Shown here: in pieces, positions 1 through 10,546 of the stretch
Layout of the letters: each line of letters starts with the position of its first letter
Numbering within the stretch: the first letter of the stretch is position 1
DNA from: Deltaproteobacteria bacterium
GTDB taxonomy: Bacteria; Bdellovibrionota_C; UBA2361; J135
Reading direction: 5' to 3'
Assembly: GCA_020635175.1 (NCBI GenBank)
Contig: JACKAH010000003.1
Span: forward strand, 67,190-131,189
DNA: 64,000 nt
Notes under the pieces: generated by a model
What the model was told of the DNA's origin: nothing
The model's database searches: none
The model's input: the letters and a program-made list of their open reading frames with translations, nothing else
Translations under genes and position numbers: made by a program

Positions 1-10
1 AGGCAGCAGC

Positions 11-646
11 ATGAAAACTCCAGTAGTAGATATGAAGGGAAAAGCTGCTGGTGAGCTTGAGTTAAACCCAGCAATTTGGGCAACTCCTGCTTACAGGTCG
101 CTCGTTCATGAGATAGTTCGTTGGCAGCGTGCTAAAAAGCGTGCCGGTACCCACTCAGCTTTAAACCGTAAAGCTATGGAAGGTGGTGGACGCAAGCCAT
201 GGAAACAAAAGGGAACTGGTCGTGCGAGAGCAGGATCCAGCAATTCACCTGTTTGGGTGGGTGGTGCAGTTACTTTTGGTCCAACGCCACGTAACTATGA
301 GTTCAAAGTTCCACGAGCTATGAGAAAGAGAGCGCTTTGTGGTGTTCTTTCTCAAAAGGTCAAGAAAGGAAAGTTGATCGTTGTTGATTCACTTGAGGTC
401 ACTAATGGAAAAACCAAAGAGATCGTTGAGTGTTTGCACAATCTTAACCTTGCTGGTAGCAGCGCGTTGATTGTGATCAATGGCAACAAAGAGACTAAGC
501 CACTTGAGTTTAGAGCTGCTCGTAATATCGCTGGCGTTAAAGCTATAAGCGCTGATGGTCTAAATGTATACGACCTACTTAAGTATAAGTATGTTGTTAT
601 GACTAAAGATGCGGTTGCAGCTGCTGAAGTTAAAGGAGCAATTTAA
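11..646 (+). CDS. rplD: 50S ribosomal protein L4
   Basis: KPWKQKGTGRARAGS motif; first gene of the canonical L4-L23-L2-S19 order. Confidence 0.95.
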   Translation: MKTPVVDMKGKAAGELELNPAIWATPAYRSLVHEIVRWQRAKKRAGTHSALNRKAMEGGGRKPWKQKGTGRARAGSSNSPVWVGGAVTFGPTPRNYEFKVPRAMRKRALCGVLSQKVKKGKLIVVDSLEVTNGKTKEIVECLHNLNLAGSSALIVINGNKETKPLEFRAARNIAGVKAISADGLNVYDLLKYKYVVMTKDAVAAAEVKGAI

Positions 647-955
647 ATGAGCAATGAGAAACCAGGCATAACAGAGTTCGGCAGAATTGTTGAGCCAATC
701 ATTACTGAGAAGACCTCATACATTGGTCAATCTGGTAACAGGTTTGCTTTCAAAGTTGCTAAAACTGCTAGCAAAACAGAGATCAAGGACGCTGTAGAAA
801 AGATTTTTAATGTTCATGTCGAGGATGTGAACACTATTAATGTACTCGGCAAACGTAAACGAACTAGACGCCAAGTTGGCCGAAGAGCGAGTTTTAAGAA
901 AGCTTACGTTACTCTCAAAGAGGGAGAAACTATTAGCGTTGTTGAAGGACTGTAA
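647..955 (+). CDS. rplW: 50S ribosomal protein L23
   Basis: Size, sequence and position between L4 and L2; start abuts the rplD stop. Confidence 0.94.
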   Translation: MSNEKPGITEFGRIVEPIITEKTSYIGQSGNRFAFKVAKTASKTEIKDAVEKIFNVHVEDVNTINVLGKRKRTRRQVGRRASFKKAYVTLKEGETISVVEGL

Positions 956-979
956 GTCGATAGTAACTAAGGTAAGAAA

Positions 980-1819
980 ATGGCTTTAAAGACATATAAA
1001 CCATATACACCATCAAGACGTCTGTATAGCGTTGCAGACTTTTCTGGACTCACTAACAAGAAGCCAGAAAGGACATTGCTTCAAAAACTGACAAGCACTG
1101 GTGGTCGTAATAACTATGGTCGTGCAACTAACATCAACAAAGGTGGAGGTCATAAGCGTCGTTATCGTGTAATTGATTTTAGACGTAATGATAAGCTTGA
1201 TATTCCAGCTACTGTTGCAGCGATAGAATACGATCCAAACAGAACAGCGCGTATCGCGTTGCTTGTATACGCTGATGGAGAGAAGAGATATATTTTAGCT
1301 CCGCAACGATTAAGTGTTGGACAGACCGTTTTAGCAGGTGATGGCGCAGACATTAAACCAGGTAATGCTCTTCCATTGAGAGCAATTCCAACAGGTACAA
1401 TGATCCATAATATTGAGCTTTACAAAGGCCACGGTGGACAGCTTGTTCGTTCTGCCGGTGCTTCTGCACAGCTTAGAGCAAAAGAAGGAAAGTATGCTCA
1501 AGTGCTATTACCTTCTGGTGAGCAACGTAAAGTATTGCTTGATTGCTTTGCTACAATTGGTGTCGTTAGTAATGCCGAGCACCAAAACATTAAGATTGGT
1601 AAAGCTGGACGTAGTCGCTGGTTGAATCGTAGACCACATAACCGTGGTGTTACTAAGAACCCAGTTGATCACCCAATGGGTGGTGGAGAAGGAAAATCTG
1701 CTGGTGGAAGACAACCATGTTCACCAACAGGGGTTCCTGCGAAAGGCTATAAGACTAGACACAATAAGCGAACTGATAAGTTCATTGTTCGTAGACGTAA
1801 GAGAAAGAGTAAAAAGTAG
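980..1819 (+). CDS. rplB: 50S ribosomal protein L2
   Basis: [15 protein letters not shown] and C-terminal GGGEGK motifs; operon position. Confidence 0.97.
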   Translation: MALKTYKPYTPSRRLYSVADFSGLTNKKPERTLLQKLTSTGGRNNYGRATNINKGGGHKRRYRVIDFRRNDKLDIPATVAAIEYDPNRTARIALLVYADGEKRYILAPQRLSVGQTVLAGDGADIKPGNALPLRAIPTGTMIHNIELYKGHGGQLVRSAGASAQLRAKEGKYAQVLLPSGEQRKVLLDCFATIGVVSNAEHQNIKIGKAGRSRWLNRRPHNRGVTKNPVDHPMGGGEGKSAGGRQPCSPTGVPAKGYKTRHNKRTDKFIVRRRKRKSKK

Positions 1820-1832
1820 GAGTGAATAAGTA

Positions 1833-2099
1833 ATGCCACGTTCAGTTAAAAAAGGACCATTTGTAGACGACCATTTGATGAAATGGGTCGATCGTGCGAA
1901 ATCCGGAGGACACAAGGGAGTGATTAAGACTTGGTCGCGTCGCTCAACTATTACTCCAGATATGATTGGACTTACGTTTGCAGTGCATAACGGGAGAAAG
2001 TTTGTTCCTGTGTTTGTTACTGAGAACTTAGTTGGACATAAGCTTGGAGAATTTGCTCCAACGCGTACGTTCCATAGTCACGCTAAAGGTAAGAAATAA
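1833..2099 (+). CDS. rpsS: 30S ribosomal protein S19
   Basis: [16 protein letters not shown]-terminus; operon position. Confidence 0.97.
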   Translation: MPRSVKKGPFVDDHLMKWVDRAKSGGHKGVIKTWSRRSTITPDMIGLTFAVHNGRKFVPVFVTENLVGHKLGEFAPTRTFHSHAKGKK

Positions 2100-2127
2100 A
2101 ACGCTTTTGAGTAGATAGAGACGAACT

Positions 2128-2514
2128 ATGAAAGAAAAAACAAAAGCAAAGAAGCCAAATCCGAGAACTAATTCTCAGGGTTACTTAACTAAGGCTACAC
2201 TGCGTCATGTTCGCATACCGCCGCGTAAAGCAAGGCTTATGCTTGACATGATCAAAGGGAAGCAAGTTGATCAGGCTCTACAGATGTTACAGTTTAGCCC
2301 TCGTAAATCTGCAAAGGCTATCTCAAAGCTTCTTGAATCTGCTATTGCGAATGCAAGAGAGAGAGAGGGAGCTGATGTAGATCGTTTGTGGGTATCTGGT
2401 GGCTGGGTTGATATGGGAGCGACGATGATGCGCTTTCTACCTAGAGCCCAAGGAAGAGCAACTCCGATAAGGAAGAGATCTTCGCACATAACATTACTTT
2501 TAGATGAGCAGTAA
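2128..2514 (+). CDS. rplV: 50S ribosomal protein L22
   Basis: [17 protein letters not shown] motif; operon position. Confidence 0.95.
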   Translation: MKEKTKAKKPNPRTNSQGYLTKATLRHVRIPPRKARLMLDMIKGKQVDQALQMLQFSPRKSAKAISKLLESAIANAREREGADVDRLWVSGGWVDMGATMMRFLPRAQGRATPIRKRSSHITLLLDEQ

Positions 2515-2536
2515 TTTTTAGTTATAGGAATATTAG

Positions 2537-3199
2537 ATGGGTCAAAAAGTACATCCAACTGGTTTACGAGTAGGAATTATTGAGAACTGGCGTTCACGTT
2601 GGTTCGGACAGAAAGAATTCGCTCGTTATATCGGTGAAGACTTCAAGATTAGAAAGTATGTCCATGATCGCCTAAAGGCTGCTGGTATTGCACGCATGGA
2701 GATTGAGCGTGCTGCTGCTCGTGTGAAAGTAAATATTTACACTGCTAAGCCTGGTCTTGTGATCGGTAAAAAAGGAAAGGACATCGAAGATTTGAGAAGA
2801 GATCTCAGAAATCTAGTAAAGCGTGATGTTGCTTTGAATATTATCGAAGTACGTAAGCCAGATTTAGATTCTCAGCTTGTAGGTAACAACGTTGCTTTCC
2901 AACTTGAAAGACGTGTGAACTACCGTCGTGCTGTAAAAGATGCAATTGGTCGTTCTATGAGAATGGGAGCTGAGGGTATCAAAGTTATGGTATCTGGACG
3001 CTTGAATGGTGCTGAGATTGCACGAAGCGAAACATACCGTGAGGGACGTGTTCCTCTTCATACATTGCGCGCAGAGATTGATTACGCATTGTCTGAAGCT
3101 CACACAACATACGGAGTAATTGGTATTAAGGTATGGATCTTCAAAGGTGAGAAATTTGGACCTGGCGAAGAAGTGCCTGTTGAGGCTTTAACACTTTAG
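2537..3199 (+). CDS. rpsC: 30S ribosomal protein S3
   Basis: [15 protein letters not shown]-terminus, KH-domain region. Confidence 0.97.
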   Translation: MGQKVHPTGLRVGIIENWRSRWFGQKEFARYIGEDFKIRKYVHDRLKAAGIARMEIERAAARVKVNIYTAKPGLVIGKKGKDIEDLRRDLRNLVKRDVALNIIEVRKPDLDSQLVGNNVAFQLERRVNYRRAVKDAIGRSMRMGAEGIKVMVSGRLNGAEIARSETYREGRVPLHTLRAEIDYALSEAHTTYGVIGIKVWIFKGEKFGPGEEVPVEALTL

Positions 3200-3218
3200 T
3201 TAACGAGGAAGTTTAGAG

Positions 3219-3644
3219 ATGTTATCCCCAAGGAAGATAAAACATCGTAAGCAGATGAAAAGACTCCGCAACATTCGCGGAGTTGATAATCGAGGTTGCG
3301 ACCTAGATTTCGGAGATTATGGCTTACGTGCAGTAGAAGGTGGCTGGATTACTAACCGCCAGATTGAGGCTGGTCGTGTTGCGATCGCTAGACAGGTTAA
3401 GCGTGCTGGTAAGATGTGGATACGTGTCTTCCCTGATCATCCTTTGACTTCAAAGCCTGCTGAAGTTCGTATGGGTAAAGGTAAAGGTTCGCCAGAGAAG
3501 TGGGTAGCGAATGTTAAAACTGGTCGCATTATGTTTGAGCTTACAGGGGTTCCTGAGAACTTAGCTCGACAAGCTCTACAGAGAGCTGCTGCGAAGATGC
3601 CGGTTAGAACTGAGATTGTAATTAGAAGTAAAGGCCTTTTGTAG
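3219..3644 (+). CDS. rplP: 50S ribosomal protein L16
   Basis: MLSPRKIKHRKQ N-terminus; operon position. Confidence 0.96.
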   Translation: MLSPRKIKHRKQMKRLRNIRGVDNRGCDLDFGDYGLRAVEGGWITNRQIEAGRVAIARQVKRAGKMWIRVFPDHPLTSKPAEVRMGKGKGSPEKWVANVKTGRIMFELTGVPENLARQALQRAAAKMPVRTEIVIRSKGLL

Positions 3645-3654
3645 GAGAGTAGCT

Positions 3655-3864
3655 ATGAAGACCAGAGATTTACTTACAGAGTTGAGAAGTTTGAACGCTG
3701 CTGAGCTCCAAAAAAGAGGTGCTGAAAAAGCAGAAGAGTTAATGAAATTACGTTTTCGTAACAGTACAGGGCAACTTGAGCAGAATCACCAGATAGGTGC
3801 AATTCGTGCTGAGATTGCTCGTATTAAAACCATTTTAAATGAGCATAACGCAAAAGGTGAATAA
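3655..3864 (+). CDS. rpmC: 50S ribosomal protein L29
   Basis: 69 aa helical protein; [14 protein letters not shown] motif; operon position. Confidence 0.93.
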   Translation: MKTRDLLTELRSLNAAELQKRGAEKAEELMKLRFRNSTGQLEQNHQIGAIRAEIARIKTILNEHNAKGE

Positions 3865-4136
3865 TGGCTGAAGAGAACACTATAAAGAGAGGACAGCCTA
3901 AGTTTAGACAAGGAATTGTCGTCAGCGACAAGATGAACAAAAGCGTCGTTGTTGCTGTAACTTCTCGTGAAAAGCATCCAGTGTATGGAAAGTTCGTTAA
4001 GCGAACCAAGAAATACATGGCGCATGATGAGAACGACGAGTGTCGAAATGGCGATACAGTTAAGATTGTTGAGACTCGACCACTCAGTAAAATTAAACGA
4101 TGGAAAGTTCAAGAGATAGTAGAGAGGGCTGTGTAA
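3864..4136 (+). CDS. rpsQ: 30S ribosomal protein S17
   Basis: [14 protein letters not shown] ... [11 protein letters not shown] motifs; ATG overlaps the rpmC stop. Confidence 0.95.
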   Translation: MAEENTIKRGQPKFRQGIVVSDKMNKSVVVAVTSREKHPVYGKFVKRTKKYMAHDENDECRNGDTVKIVETRPLSKIKRWKVQEIVERAV

Positions 4137-4137
4137 G

Positions 4138-4506
4138 ATGATACAGATGCGCTCAGTATTAGACGTAGCTGATAACTCTGGTGCAAAGAAAGTACAATGC
4201 ATCAAGGTGCTTGGTGGTTCTCGTAAGAGATATGCATCAGTCGGCGATATTATTGTGGTCTCAGTTAAAGAGGCGATTCCTAATTCAAGAATTAAGAAGG
4301 GATCAATTCATAAGGCTGTGATTGTTAGAACCGCTAAGGAAGTTAGAAGACAGGACGGTTCATACATTAGATTCGATGATAACAGTGCAGTGCTAATTAA
4401 CGCACAAAAAGAGCCTGTTGGTACTCGTATCTTTGGACCAGTGGCTAGAGAATTACGTTCGAACAAGTTTATGCGAATTGTATCTTTAGCACCTGAGGTG
4501 TTGTAA
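4138..4506 (+). CDS. rplN: 50S ribosomal protein L14
   Basis: [18 protein letters not shown]-terminus. Confidence 0.97.
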   Translation: MIQMRSVLDVADNSGAKKVQCIKVLGGSRKRYASVGDIIVVSVKEAIPNSRIKKGSIHKAVIVRTAKEVRRQDGSYIRFDDNSAVLINAQKEPVGTRIFGPVARELRSNKFMRIVSLAPEVL

Positions 4507-4533
4507 GTTTTTATCCTTTGGGAAAATAGAGAG

Positions 4534-4893
4534 ATGGAAAAGGGACGTAGAAATACAAAGCTAAAAGTCGGAGATACAGTAATGATTATCTCTGGTGGTA
4601 ACAAAAACAAGCGCCCAAACAAAGGAAAGACAGGCAAGATTTTGCGTTTTGCTGGCTTAGACAAGGTCGTTGTTGAAGGGCTTAACATGATTACCAAGCA
4701 TGAAAAGCCTGCTGGTCCTGAGAAGCCAGGTGGACGAATTGAAAAGGAAGGCCCGCTTCACATCTCAAATGTGATGTATTTTGCAGAGAAAGCTGGTGAG
4801 CCTGTTAGATTATCTTACAGCTTCCTTGAAGATGGAACAAAAGTTCGTGGGTATAACAACCCAAAAGACGGCAAGTTTATTCAGGTAGACTAA
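4534..4893 (+). CDS. rplX: 50S ribosomal protein L24
   Basis: KOW-type KVGDTVMIISGGNK motif; operon position. Confidence 0.93.
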   Translation: MEKGRRNTKLKVGDTVMIISGGNKNKRPNKGKTGKILRFAGLDKVVVEGLNMITKHEKPAGPEKPGGRIEKEGPLHISNVMYFAEKAGEPVRLSYSFLEDGTKVRGYNNPKDGKFIQVD

Positions 4894-4914
4894 AAATTTG
4901 AGTGAAGTAATAAG

Positions 4915-5484
4915 ATGGAAAGATTAGAGAAACATTACCAAGAAAACGTTATTGCAAAGCTTAAAGAGAAGTTTCAGTACTCCTCTGCAATGCAAATCCC
5001 AAAAGTTAAGAAGGTAGTACTTAACATGGGACTTGGCGAAGCAATTCAGAACAACAAATCACTTGAGTATGCTGAATATGCATTGACTCAGATCTCAGGA
5101 CAGAAGCCAGTCTTTACTAAGGCTAAGAAGGCGATTGCTAACTTTAAACTTAGAGAGGGGATTCCTATCGGCTGTATGGTTACTTTACGTGGCAAGCGTA
5201 TGTATGAGTTCATGGATAGACTCATTTCAGTAGCATTACCACGTGTAAAGGACTTCAGAGGTGTCTCTGCAAAAGGATTTGATGGACGTGGAAATTACTC
5301 AATGGGTATTAAGGAGCAGATCGTGTTTCCTGAAGTTAACCTTGAGAAGCTCGATAAGGTTAGAGGTTTAAATATCTCTTTTGTTACGAGTGCAACCACA
5401 GATGAAGAGGGGCGCGAGCTTTTAAGAGAGCTTGGAATCCCATTTAAGAAGGCAAATAAGCCAAAAGAAGCTCACGAAGCTTAA
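4915..5484 (+). CDS. rplE: 50S ribosomal protein L5
   Basis: [16 protein letters not shown] motif; operon position. Confidence 0.96.
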   Translation: MERLEKHYQENVIAKLKEKFQYSSAMQIPKVKKVVLNMGLGEAIQNNKSLEYAEYALTQISGQKPVFTKAKKAIANFKLREGIPIGCMVTLRGKRMYEFMDRLISVALPRVKDFRGVSAKGFDGRGNYSMGIKEQIVFPEVNLEKLDKVRGLNISFVTSATTDEEGRELLRELGIPFKKANKPKEAHEA

Positions 5485-5513
5485 AATTTATAAGATTGAG
5501 GAGAGAGTAAGGG

Positions 5514-5699
5514 ATGGCAAAGAAATGTTTACTTCATAAGCAACAGCAAAAACCAAAATTTGCTGTACGTGGCTACACACGTTGTCAACGTTGTGGTCGC
5601 CCACGTTCTGTATTTAGAAAGTTTATGTTGTGTAGAATTTGTTTCAGACAGTGTGCACATCAAGGACTTATCCCTGGTGTAACTAAAGCAAGTTGGTAG
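5514..5699 (+). CDS. rpsN: 30S ribosomal protein S14, short zinc-binding type (type Z)
   Basis: 61 aa, CQRCGRP ... CRIC four-Cys pattern; lies between L5 and S8. Confidence 0.93.
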   Translation: MAKKCLLHKQQQKPKFAVRGYTRCQRCGRPRSVFRKFMLCRICFRQCAHQGLIPGVTKASW

Positions 5700-5724
5700 A
5701 GAACAGAGAGGAATTTAAAGAGAT

Positions 5725-6126
5725 ATGAGTACTGATTCAGTCGCAGATTTGCTAACAAGGATTCGGAATGCGCTCAGAGCATCACACAAGACAGTTGTGA
5801 TCCCGTATTCAAAGATGTCAGGTAGTATTCTTAACCTACTTAAAGGCGAAGGATACATTGAGGACTTCTCTGTTGAGAAAGACTCTGATGACAAGTTCGA
5901 ACAATACAAAGTCTTCCTTAAGTATTCTCAGGAAGGCTCACCAGCTATTGACACACTTAAGAGGGTCAGTAAGCCGGGTCGAAGAATTTATGTGAGAAAA
6001 GACTCATTGCCAAAAGTTCGTTGCGGCTTAGGTATCGCTGTTATCTCAACATCACATGGCGTGATGTCTGATCGCGAAGCCCGCAAGCAAGGTATTGGCG
6101 GTGAAGTTATCGCAACTATTTATTAG
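5725..6126 (+). CDS. rpsH: 30S ribosomal protein S8
   Basis: DSVADLLTRIRNA motif; operon position. Confidence 0.96.
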   Translation: MSTDSVADLLTRIRNALRASHKTVVIPYSKMSGSILNLLKGEGYIEDFSVEKDSDDKFEQYKVFLKYSQEGSPAIDTLKRVSKPGRRIYVRKDSLPKVRCGLGIAVISTSHGVMSDREARKQGIGGEVIATIY

Positions 6127-6137
6127 AGGAACTAGAG

Positions 6138-6671
6138 ATGTCTAGAATTGGAAGACAGCCAATTGATTTACCACAGGGAGTACAAGCTTCTATCAGCCCA
6201 GTTGCGGTTTCTATTCAGGGACCAAAGGGCAAGCTTGAGATGAAGCTTGGACAAGGTGTTGTAGTTAAGAACGAAGATTCAAAAATCGTTGTTTCTACAG
6301 ACACTAACAGCAAGCAAGCTAAAGCAAACTGGGGAACTACTAGAAACACCATTGCTAACATGGTGCATGGTGTATCAGAAGGCTGGAAAAGAGATTTAGA
6401 ACTGCATGGTGTTGGGTATAACGCATCGCTAAATGGCAATGTGTTAAACTTAAACGTTGGTCTTTCACATGAAGTGAAGATGGAGATCCCAGCAGCTATC
6501 ACTGCCAAGGTTCAAAAAACAACAATTGAACTTGAATCAGCTGATAAGCAATTGCTAGGAAATTTTGCAGCTAAAATTCGTAAAGTAAGACCACCTGAGC
6601 CATACCTTGGTAAAGGTATCAGACTTGCTGGAGAGCAGGTCAGAAGAAAGGCAGGAAAAGCTGGTAAGTAA
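6138..6671 (+). CDS. rplF: 50S ribosomal protein L6
   Basis: MSRIGRQPIDLPQGV N-terminus. Confidence 0.96.
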   Translation: MSRIGRQPIDLPQGVQASISPVAVSIQGPKGKLEMKLGQGVVVKNEDSKIVVSTDTNSKQAKANWGTTRNTIANMVHGVSEGWKRDLELHGVGYNASLNGNVLNLNVGLSHEVKMEIPAAITAKVQKTTIELESADKQLLGNFAAKIRKVRPPEPYLGKGIRLAGEQVRRKAGKAGK

Positions 6672-6685
6672 TTAAAGAGGCAGAC

Positions 6686-7099
6686 ATGGCGATTAAACCA
6701 AAAAAGGTAAAACTTAGCCCACGTGCAAAAAGAAAGATTCGTATTCGCAAAAAGCTACAGGTAGCTAAGCATAGCTATCCAAGACTTTGCGTCTTTAGAA
6801 GCTGTAAGCACACTTATGGTCAGTTAATTGATGATTTAACTGGCAAAGTAATCGCTTCAGCATCGACTAAGGACAAAGAGGTCTTGAAAGAGATGGAAAG
6901 CGTTAAGACAGAGGATCTTCATAATAACGTGAAAAGCACCAAGAGTGTAGTTGCTGCTAAAGCAGTAGGCGCATTAATTGGTAAGCGAGCAAAAGAGCAT
7001 AGCGTTGATAAGATCGTTTTTGACAGAAACGGCTACCTCTATCACGGACGTGTTAAGGCTATGGCCGACGGAGCTCGTCAAGCAGGATTAGATTTTTAA
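6686..7099 (+). CDS. rplR: 50S ribosomal protein L18
   Basis: PRLCVFRSCKHTYGQLIDD motif; operon position; N-terminus somewhat longer than usual. Confidence 0.93.
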   Translation: MAIKPKKVKLSPRAKRKIRIRKKLQVAKHSYPRLCVFRSCKHTYGQLIDDLTGKVIASASTKDKEVLKEMESVKTEDLHNNVKSTKSVVAAKAVGALIGKRAKEHSVDKIVFDRNGYLYHGRVKAMADGARQAGLDF

Positions 7100-7114
7100 T
7101 TACGAGGAAAGAGA

Positions 7115-7651
7115 ATGTCTTTTAAGAAGAAATTAAACGCTCGTCGAGTACAGATAACAGCTAGTGAAGATCTGAATGAAAGAGTTGTTTTCATTAACAG
7201 AGTTTCTAAAGTAGTAAAAGGTGGTCGTCGTTTCGGCTTTACTGCTCTAGTTGTTGTTGGTGATGGTGCTGGTAATGTTGGTTACGGATTGAGCAAAGCT
7301 CAAGAAGTTCCAATAGCTATTACTAAAGCGACTGAGCAAGCACGTAAGTGCATGATCCGTGTGCCAATGACTGGGACAACTATTCCTCATAATGTAGTTG
7401 GAGAATTTGGTCCAACAAAAGTTATGTTGTTACCAGCTAAACCAGGTACTGGAGTAATTGCTGGTTCTGCTGTTCGTGCAGTTGTTGAGAGCTCAGGTAT
7501 CAAAGATATCCGAACAAAAGTAATCGGCTCAAACAACCCGCACAATATACTTAACGCTACATTCCAGGGTCTACTTCAATTGATTGTACCTGAGAAGATA
7601 GCGCAGTTACGTGGAATCTCTTTAGAAGAGCTTGGATATCACCCTTACTAA
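7115..7651 (+). CDS. rpsE: 30S ribosomal protein S5
   Basis: [24 protein letters not shown] motif. Confidence 0.96.
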   Translation: MSFKKKLNARRVQITASEDLNERVVFINRVSKVVKGGRRFGFTALVVVGDGAGNVGYGLSKAQEVPIAITKATEQARKCMIRVPMTGTTIPHNVVGEFGPTKVMLLPAKPGTGVIAGSAVRAVVESSGIKDIRTKVIGSNNPHNILNATFQGLLQLIVPEKIAQLRGISLEELGYHPY

Positions 7652-7661
7652 GAGGCATCAG

Positions 7662-7850
7662 ATGAAAGAAGGTACAAAAGTTAAGATAACGCAAACAGCT
7701 AGCCAGTGTGGACGTAACAAAAGAGTTCGTAACACACTACAAGCGCTTGGATTAGGACGAATTGGCAAGTCAGCAGAGCATACAATCAATGCTCCAATCG
7801 CTGGCATGATTCGAAAAGTTAACTTTCTAGTTACAGTTACTGAGGTATAG
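7662..7850 (+). CDS. rpmD: 50S ribosomal protein L30
   Basis: KVKITQTASQCGRNKRVRNTLQALGL motif. I prefer ATG 7662 (AGAGG 7 nt upstream, just after the rpsE stop) to the track start 7632, which overlaps rpsE. Confidence 0.92.
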   Translation: MKEGTKVKITQTASQCGRNKRVRNTLQALGLGRIGKSAEHTINAPIAGMIRKVNFLVTVTEV

Positions 7851-7853
7851 GAT

Positions 7854-8339
7854 ATGGATTTATCAAAACTTGCACCAAATAAAGGAGCGCGTAAGAACCG
7901 TAAGCGTGTTGGACGCGGAAAGGGTTCTGGCTGGGGAGAAACAGCAGGACGTGGTGTGAAAGGACAAACAAGTCGTAGTGGTTCTTCAATTCCTGCCGGA
8001 TTTGAAGGTGGACAGATGCCACTTTACCGAAGAATCCCGAAGTCAGGTTTCCGTTCACGAGTAGACGTATTAGGTCACAACCGTTACAACATCTTTACGT
8101 TGTCAGACCTTAACAGATTTGCAGATGGCGATGTAGTTAACATTGAATCACTAAAGGAAAAAGGCTTTACGATTCGACGTCGTTCGCAAGCTGGAGTTAA
8201 AGTTCTTGGTAGTGGTGAGCTTACTGCTAAGAATCTAAAAGTTACTGTTAACTCAATTACTAAGTCTGCAAAGGAAAAGATCGAAGCTGCAGGTGGTTCA
8301 GTAGAGATTGTTGCTACTGAAGAAGCATCTCAAAATTAG
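7854..8339 (+). CDS. rplO: 50S ribosomal protein L15
   Basis: KRVGRGKGSGWGETAGRGVKGQ motif. Confidence 0.96.
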   Translation: MDLSKLAPNKGARKNRKRVGRGKGSGWGETAGRGVKGQTSRSGSSIPAGFEGGQMPLYRRIPKSGFRSRVDVLGHNRYNIFTLSDLNRFADGDVVNIESLKEKGFTIRRRSQAGVKVLGSGELTAKNLKVTVNSITKSAKEKIEAAGGSVEIVATEEASQN

Positions 8340-8426
8340 TTTACGAGTCTTTTCCGTTTTATCTGTCTGCGGTTTGATCCGCTCAGAGTTGGCTTGGCAC
8401 TTCATTTTAAATAGGAAAGACCAGAC

Positions 8427-9767
8427 ATGATCCCAGGTATGCAAGGTATCGGAAAAATTCCTGAATTAAGGAAGAGGATTTTCTTTACTTTATGGATGCT
8501 CGCTGTTTATCGCTTTGGAGTTTTTGTATCAACTCCAGGTATTGATGTTGAAGCATTGAGACAGCAGTTTGCGACTGGTGATGGGACACTTTTTGGCCTG
8601 GTAAACATGTTCTCAGGTGGTGCATTAGAGCAATTCTCGATCTTCACCCTTGGTATCATGCCGTACATCAGCGTCTCGATTATTATGCAGCTTCTAACGT
8701 CAAGTATTCCTGCGCTTGAAGCGTTGAAGAAAGATGGTGAGGCAGGACAACGTGTGATTACTCGTTATACACGTCAAGGAACAGTTGTTTTAGCTCTGTT
8801 TCAAGGATTTATGATCGCTGTCGGTTTAGAGGGACAGGGATTAGTGCTAAGTCCTGGTTGGATGTTTCGAATCACTACAATGATTACCTTAACTGCAGGT
8901 ACATCATTTATCATGTGGTTAGGCGAGCAGATTAATGAGAAGGGAATTGGTAACGGTATGAGTATCGTTATCTTTGCTGGTATTGTTGCTCGTATGCCTC
9001 AGACTTTTGTTTCAACTTTAGTCTTAGCACGCAGCCAAGAAGTTGCTCCACTTACAATTTTAATTGTGATTGCATTCTGTATTGCAACTGTTGCTGGAAT
9101 TGTTTTTGTTGAGCGTTCTCACAGAAAAATTCCTATTCAGTATCCAAGACGAATGGTTGGTAAAAAAATGTCTCAAGCACAGACACAACACATGCCACTA
9201 AAAGTAAACATGGCTGGTGTGATTCCTCCGATCTTTGCTTCAGCATTCTTACTTTTACCCGCGACTGTTGCCTCAGTAACAACTAATGAAACCTTAGCTG
9301 AAATGATGCAGTACCTTGTGCCAGGATCATGGGTTTACACAGTTATCTTTGCAGGTTTGATCATCTTCTTTGCATTCTTTTATACAGCGATGATCTTTAA
9401 TCCACCTGAAGTTGCTGAGAACTTAAAAAAGAATGGCGGATTTGTTCCAACTGTTAGACCTGGAAAAGCAACAGCTGATTTTCTTTATGGTGTACTAAAC
9501 AGATTGACACTTTGGGGATCTATTTATATCGCAGCAATTTGTTTAATTCCTCAGATCTTCTACATGAAGATGGGATTAACAACATTTGCTTACATTTTTG
9601 GTGGAACATCAATTTTAATCGCGGTTGGTGTTATCCTTGATACAGTTTCGCAAATTGAATCACACATCGTTGCTCGTAACTACGAAGAGTTCATGGGCAA
9701 GACTTCGAAAGCCAAAGGTGGAGTAGGTTCGATGGGATATTCTCGCTCGAGATTACTTCGACGTTAA
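8427..9767 (+). CDS. secY: Preprotein translocase subunit SecY
   Basis: 446 aa polytopic membrane protein after rplO; GIMPYISVSIIMQLL motif. Confidence 0.96.
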   Translation: MIPGMQGIGKIPELRKRIFFTLWMLAVYRFGVFVSTPGIDVEALRQQFATGDGTLFGLVNMFSGGALEQFSIFTLGIMPYISVSIIMQLLTSSIPALEALKKDGEAGQRVITRYTRQGTVVLALFQGFMIAVGLEGQGLVLSPGWMFRITTMITLTAGTSFIMWLGEQINEKGIGNGMSIVIFAGIVARMPQTFVSTLVLARSQEVAPLTILIVIAFCIATVAGIVFVERSHRKIPIQYPRRMVGKKMSQAQTQHMPLKVNMAGVIPPIFASAFLLLPATVASVTTNETLAEMMQYLVPGSWVYTVIFAGLIIFFAFFYTAMIFNPPEVAENLKKNGGFVPTVRPGKATADFLYGVLNRLTLWGSIYIAAICLIPQIFYMKMGLTTFAYIFGGTSILIAVGVILDTVSQIESHIVARNYEEFMGKTSKAKGGVGSMGYSRSRLLRR

Positions 9768-9785
9768 TTATCAGAGGAGCGAGTA

Positions 9786-10349
9786 ATGATACGACTTATA
9801 CTTCTTGGAGCGCCTGGTGCAGGAAAAGGTACCCAAGCAGAGCGTGTTGCAGATACTTATTCTATCCCTCATATCTCAACCGGCGACATTATGCGTAAAG
9901 CGGTAGCCGATCAGAGCAAGCTCGGTGCACAAGTTAAAGAGTATCTTGATGCTGGCCAGCTTGTTCCGGATGAGCTTGTCATCAATCTGATTCGTGAAAG
10001 ACTTTCTAGTGATGATTGCGCAGAGGGCTTCTTGCTCGATGGCTTCCCACGAACTGTAGCTCAAGCAGAAGCGCTTGATAGGACTTTAAGTGAGTTGAAT
10101 GCACCACTAACTCATGTCCTTGAACTGGATGTGCCTGAGCAGATGTTGATTGAGAGACTGGTCAAACGTGGAGAAGAGTCTGGTCGCAGTGATGACACTG
10201 AGGAGGTGATTCGTGAGCGCCTGGCTGTATATAACGAGCAGACTGCACCAGTATCTGATTTTTACAGTAAATCCAGTAGGTTAGTTAAGATTGACGGTAC
10301 TGGATCAATTGATCAGATTGAGCAAGCTATCAAAGAGAAATTAAATTGA
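9786..10349 (+). CDS. adk: Adenylate kinase (short form, no zinc-finger lid)
   Basis: GAPGAGKGTQA P-loop, LLDGFPRT motif. Confidence 0.95.
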   Translation: MIRLILLGAPGAGKGTQAERVADTYSIPHISTGDIMRKAVADQSKLGAQVKEYLDAGQLVPDELVINLIRERLSSDDCAEGFLLDGFPRTVAQAEALDRTLSELNAPLTHVLELDVPEQMLIERLVKRGEESGRSDDTEEVIRERLAVYNEQTAPVSDFYSKSSRLVKIDGTGSIDQIEQAIKEKLN

Positions 10350-10450
10350 AATAGCTCAATATTTTCTAGGTAGTTAGCTTGAGATCAAGCAGTGAAATGT
10401 GTATCATCACGAACTCTCAACAGAATTTTAAGTTTGAGAGCAAAATATGT

Positions 10451-10516
10451 CGTGTCTTTAGGTACTTCCATGGATGATGGAGAGTAGTATGACACGTCTA
10501 TTTTTTATTTTTGGTA
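10451..10516 (+). terminator. Hairpin plus T-tract between adk and map (possible intrinsic terminator or attenuator)
   Basis: cgtgtc (10451-10456) pairs with gacacg (10491-10496), with an inner tacttccat/atggagagta stem, followed by tctattttttattttt. Confidence 0.45.
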
Positions 10517-10546
10517 AATAGAAGTTTTTTATTTTTTGTTTTTCTT

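Noticed and set aside
3786-4205. Long antisense or alternate-frame ORFs inside the ribosomal protein cluster and other core genes (for example 1162-1353, 2271-2558, 3786-4205, 4308-4697, 13626-14126, 14287-14664, 17425-17727, 18163-18660)
   Set aside because: Each lies entirely within a confidently identified conserved gene on the other strand or frame. Their translations are low-complexity with no recognisable motifs. They are shadow ORFs.
10511-10546. Track start of map at 10511 (TTG), adding MVNRSFLFFVFL
   Set aside because: The extension is encoded by the terminator T-tract and is not Map-like. ATG 10547 gives a canonical Map N-terminus.
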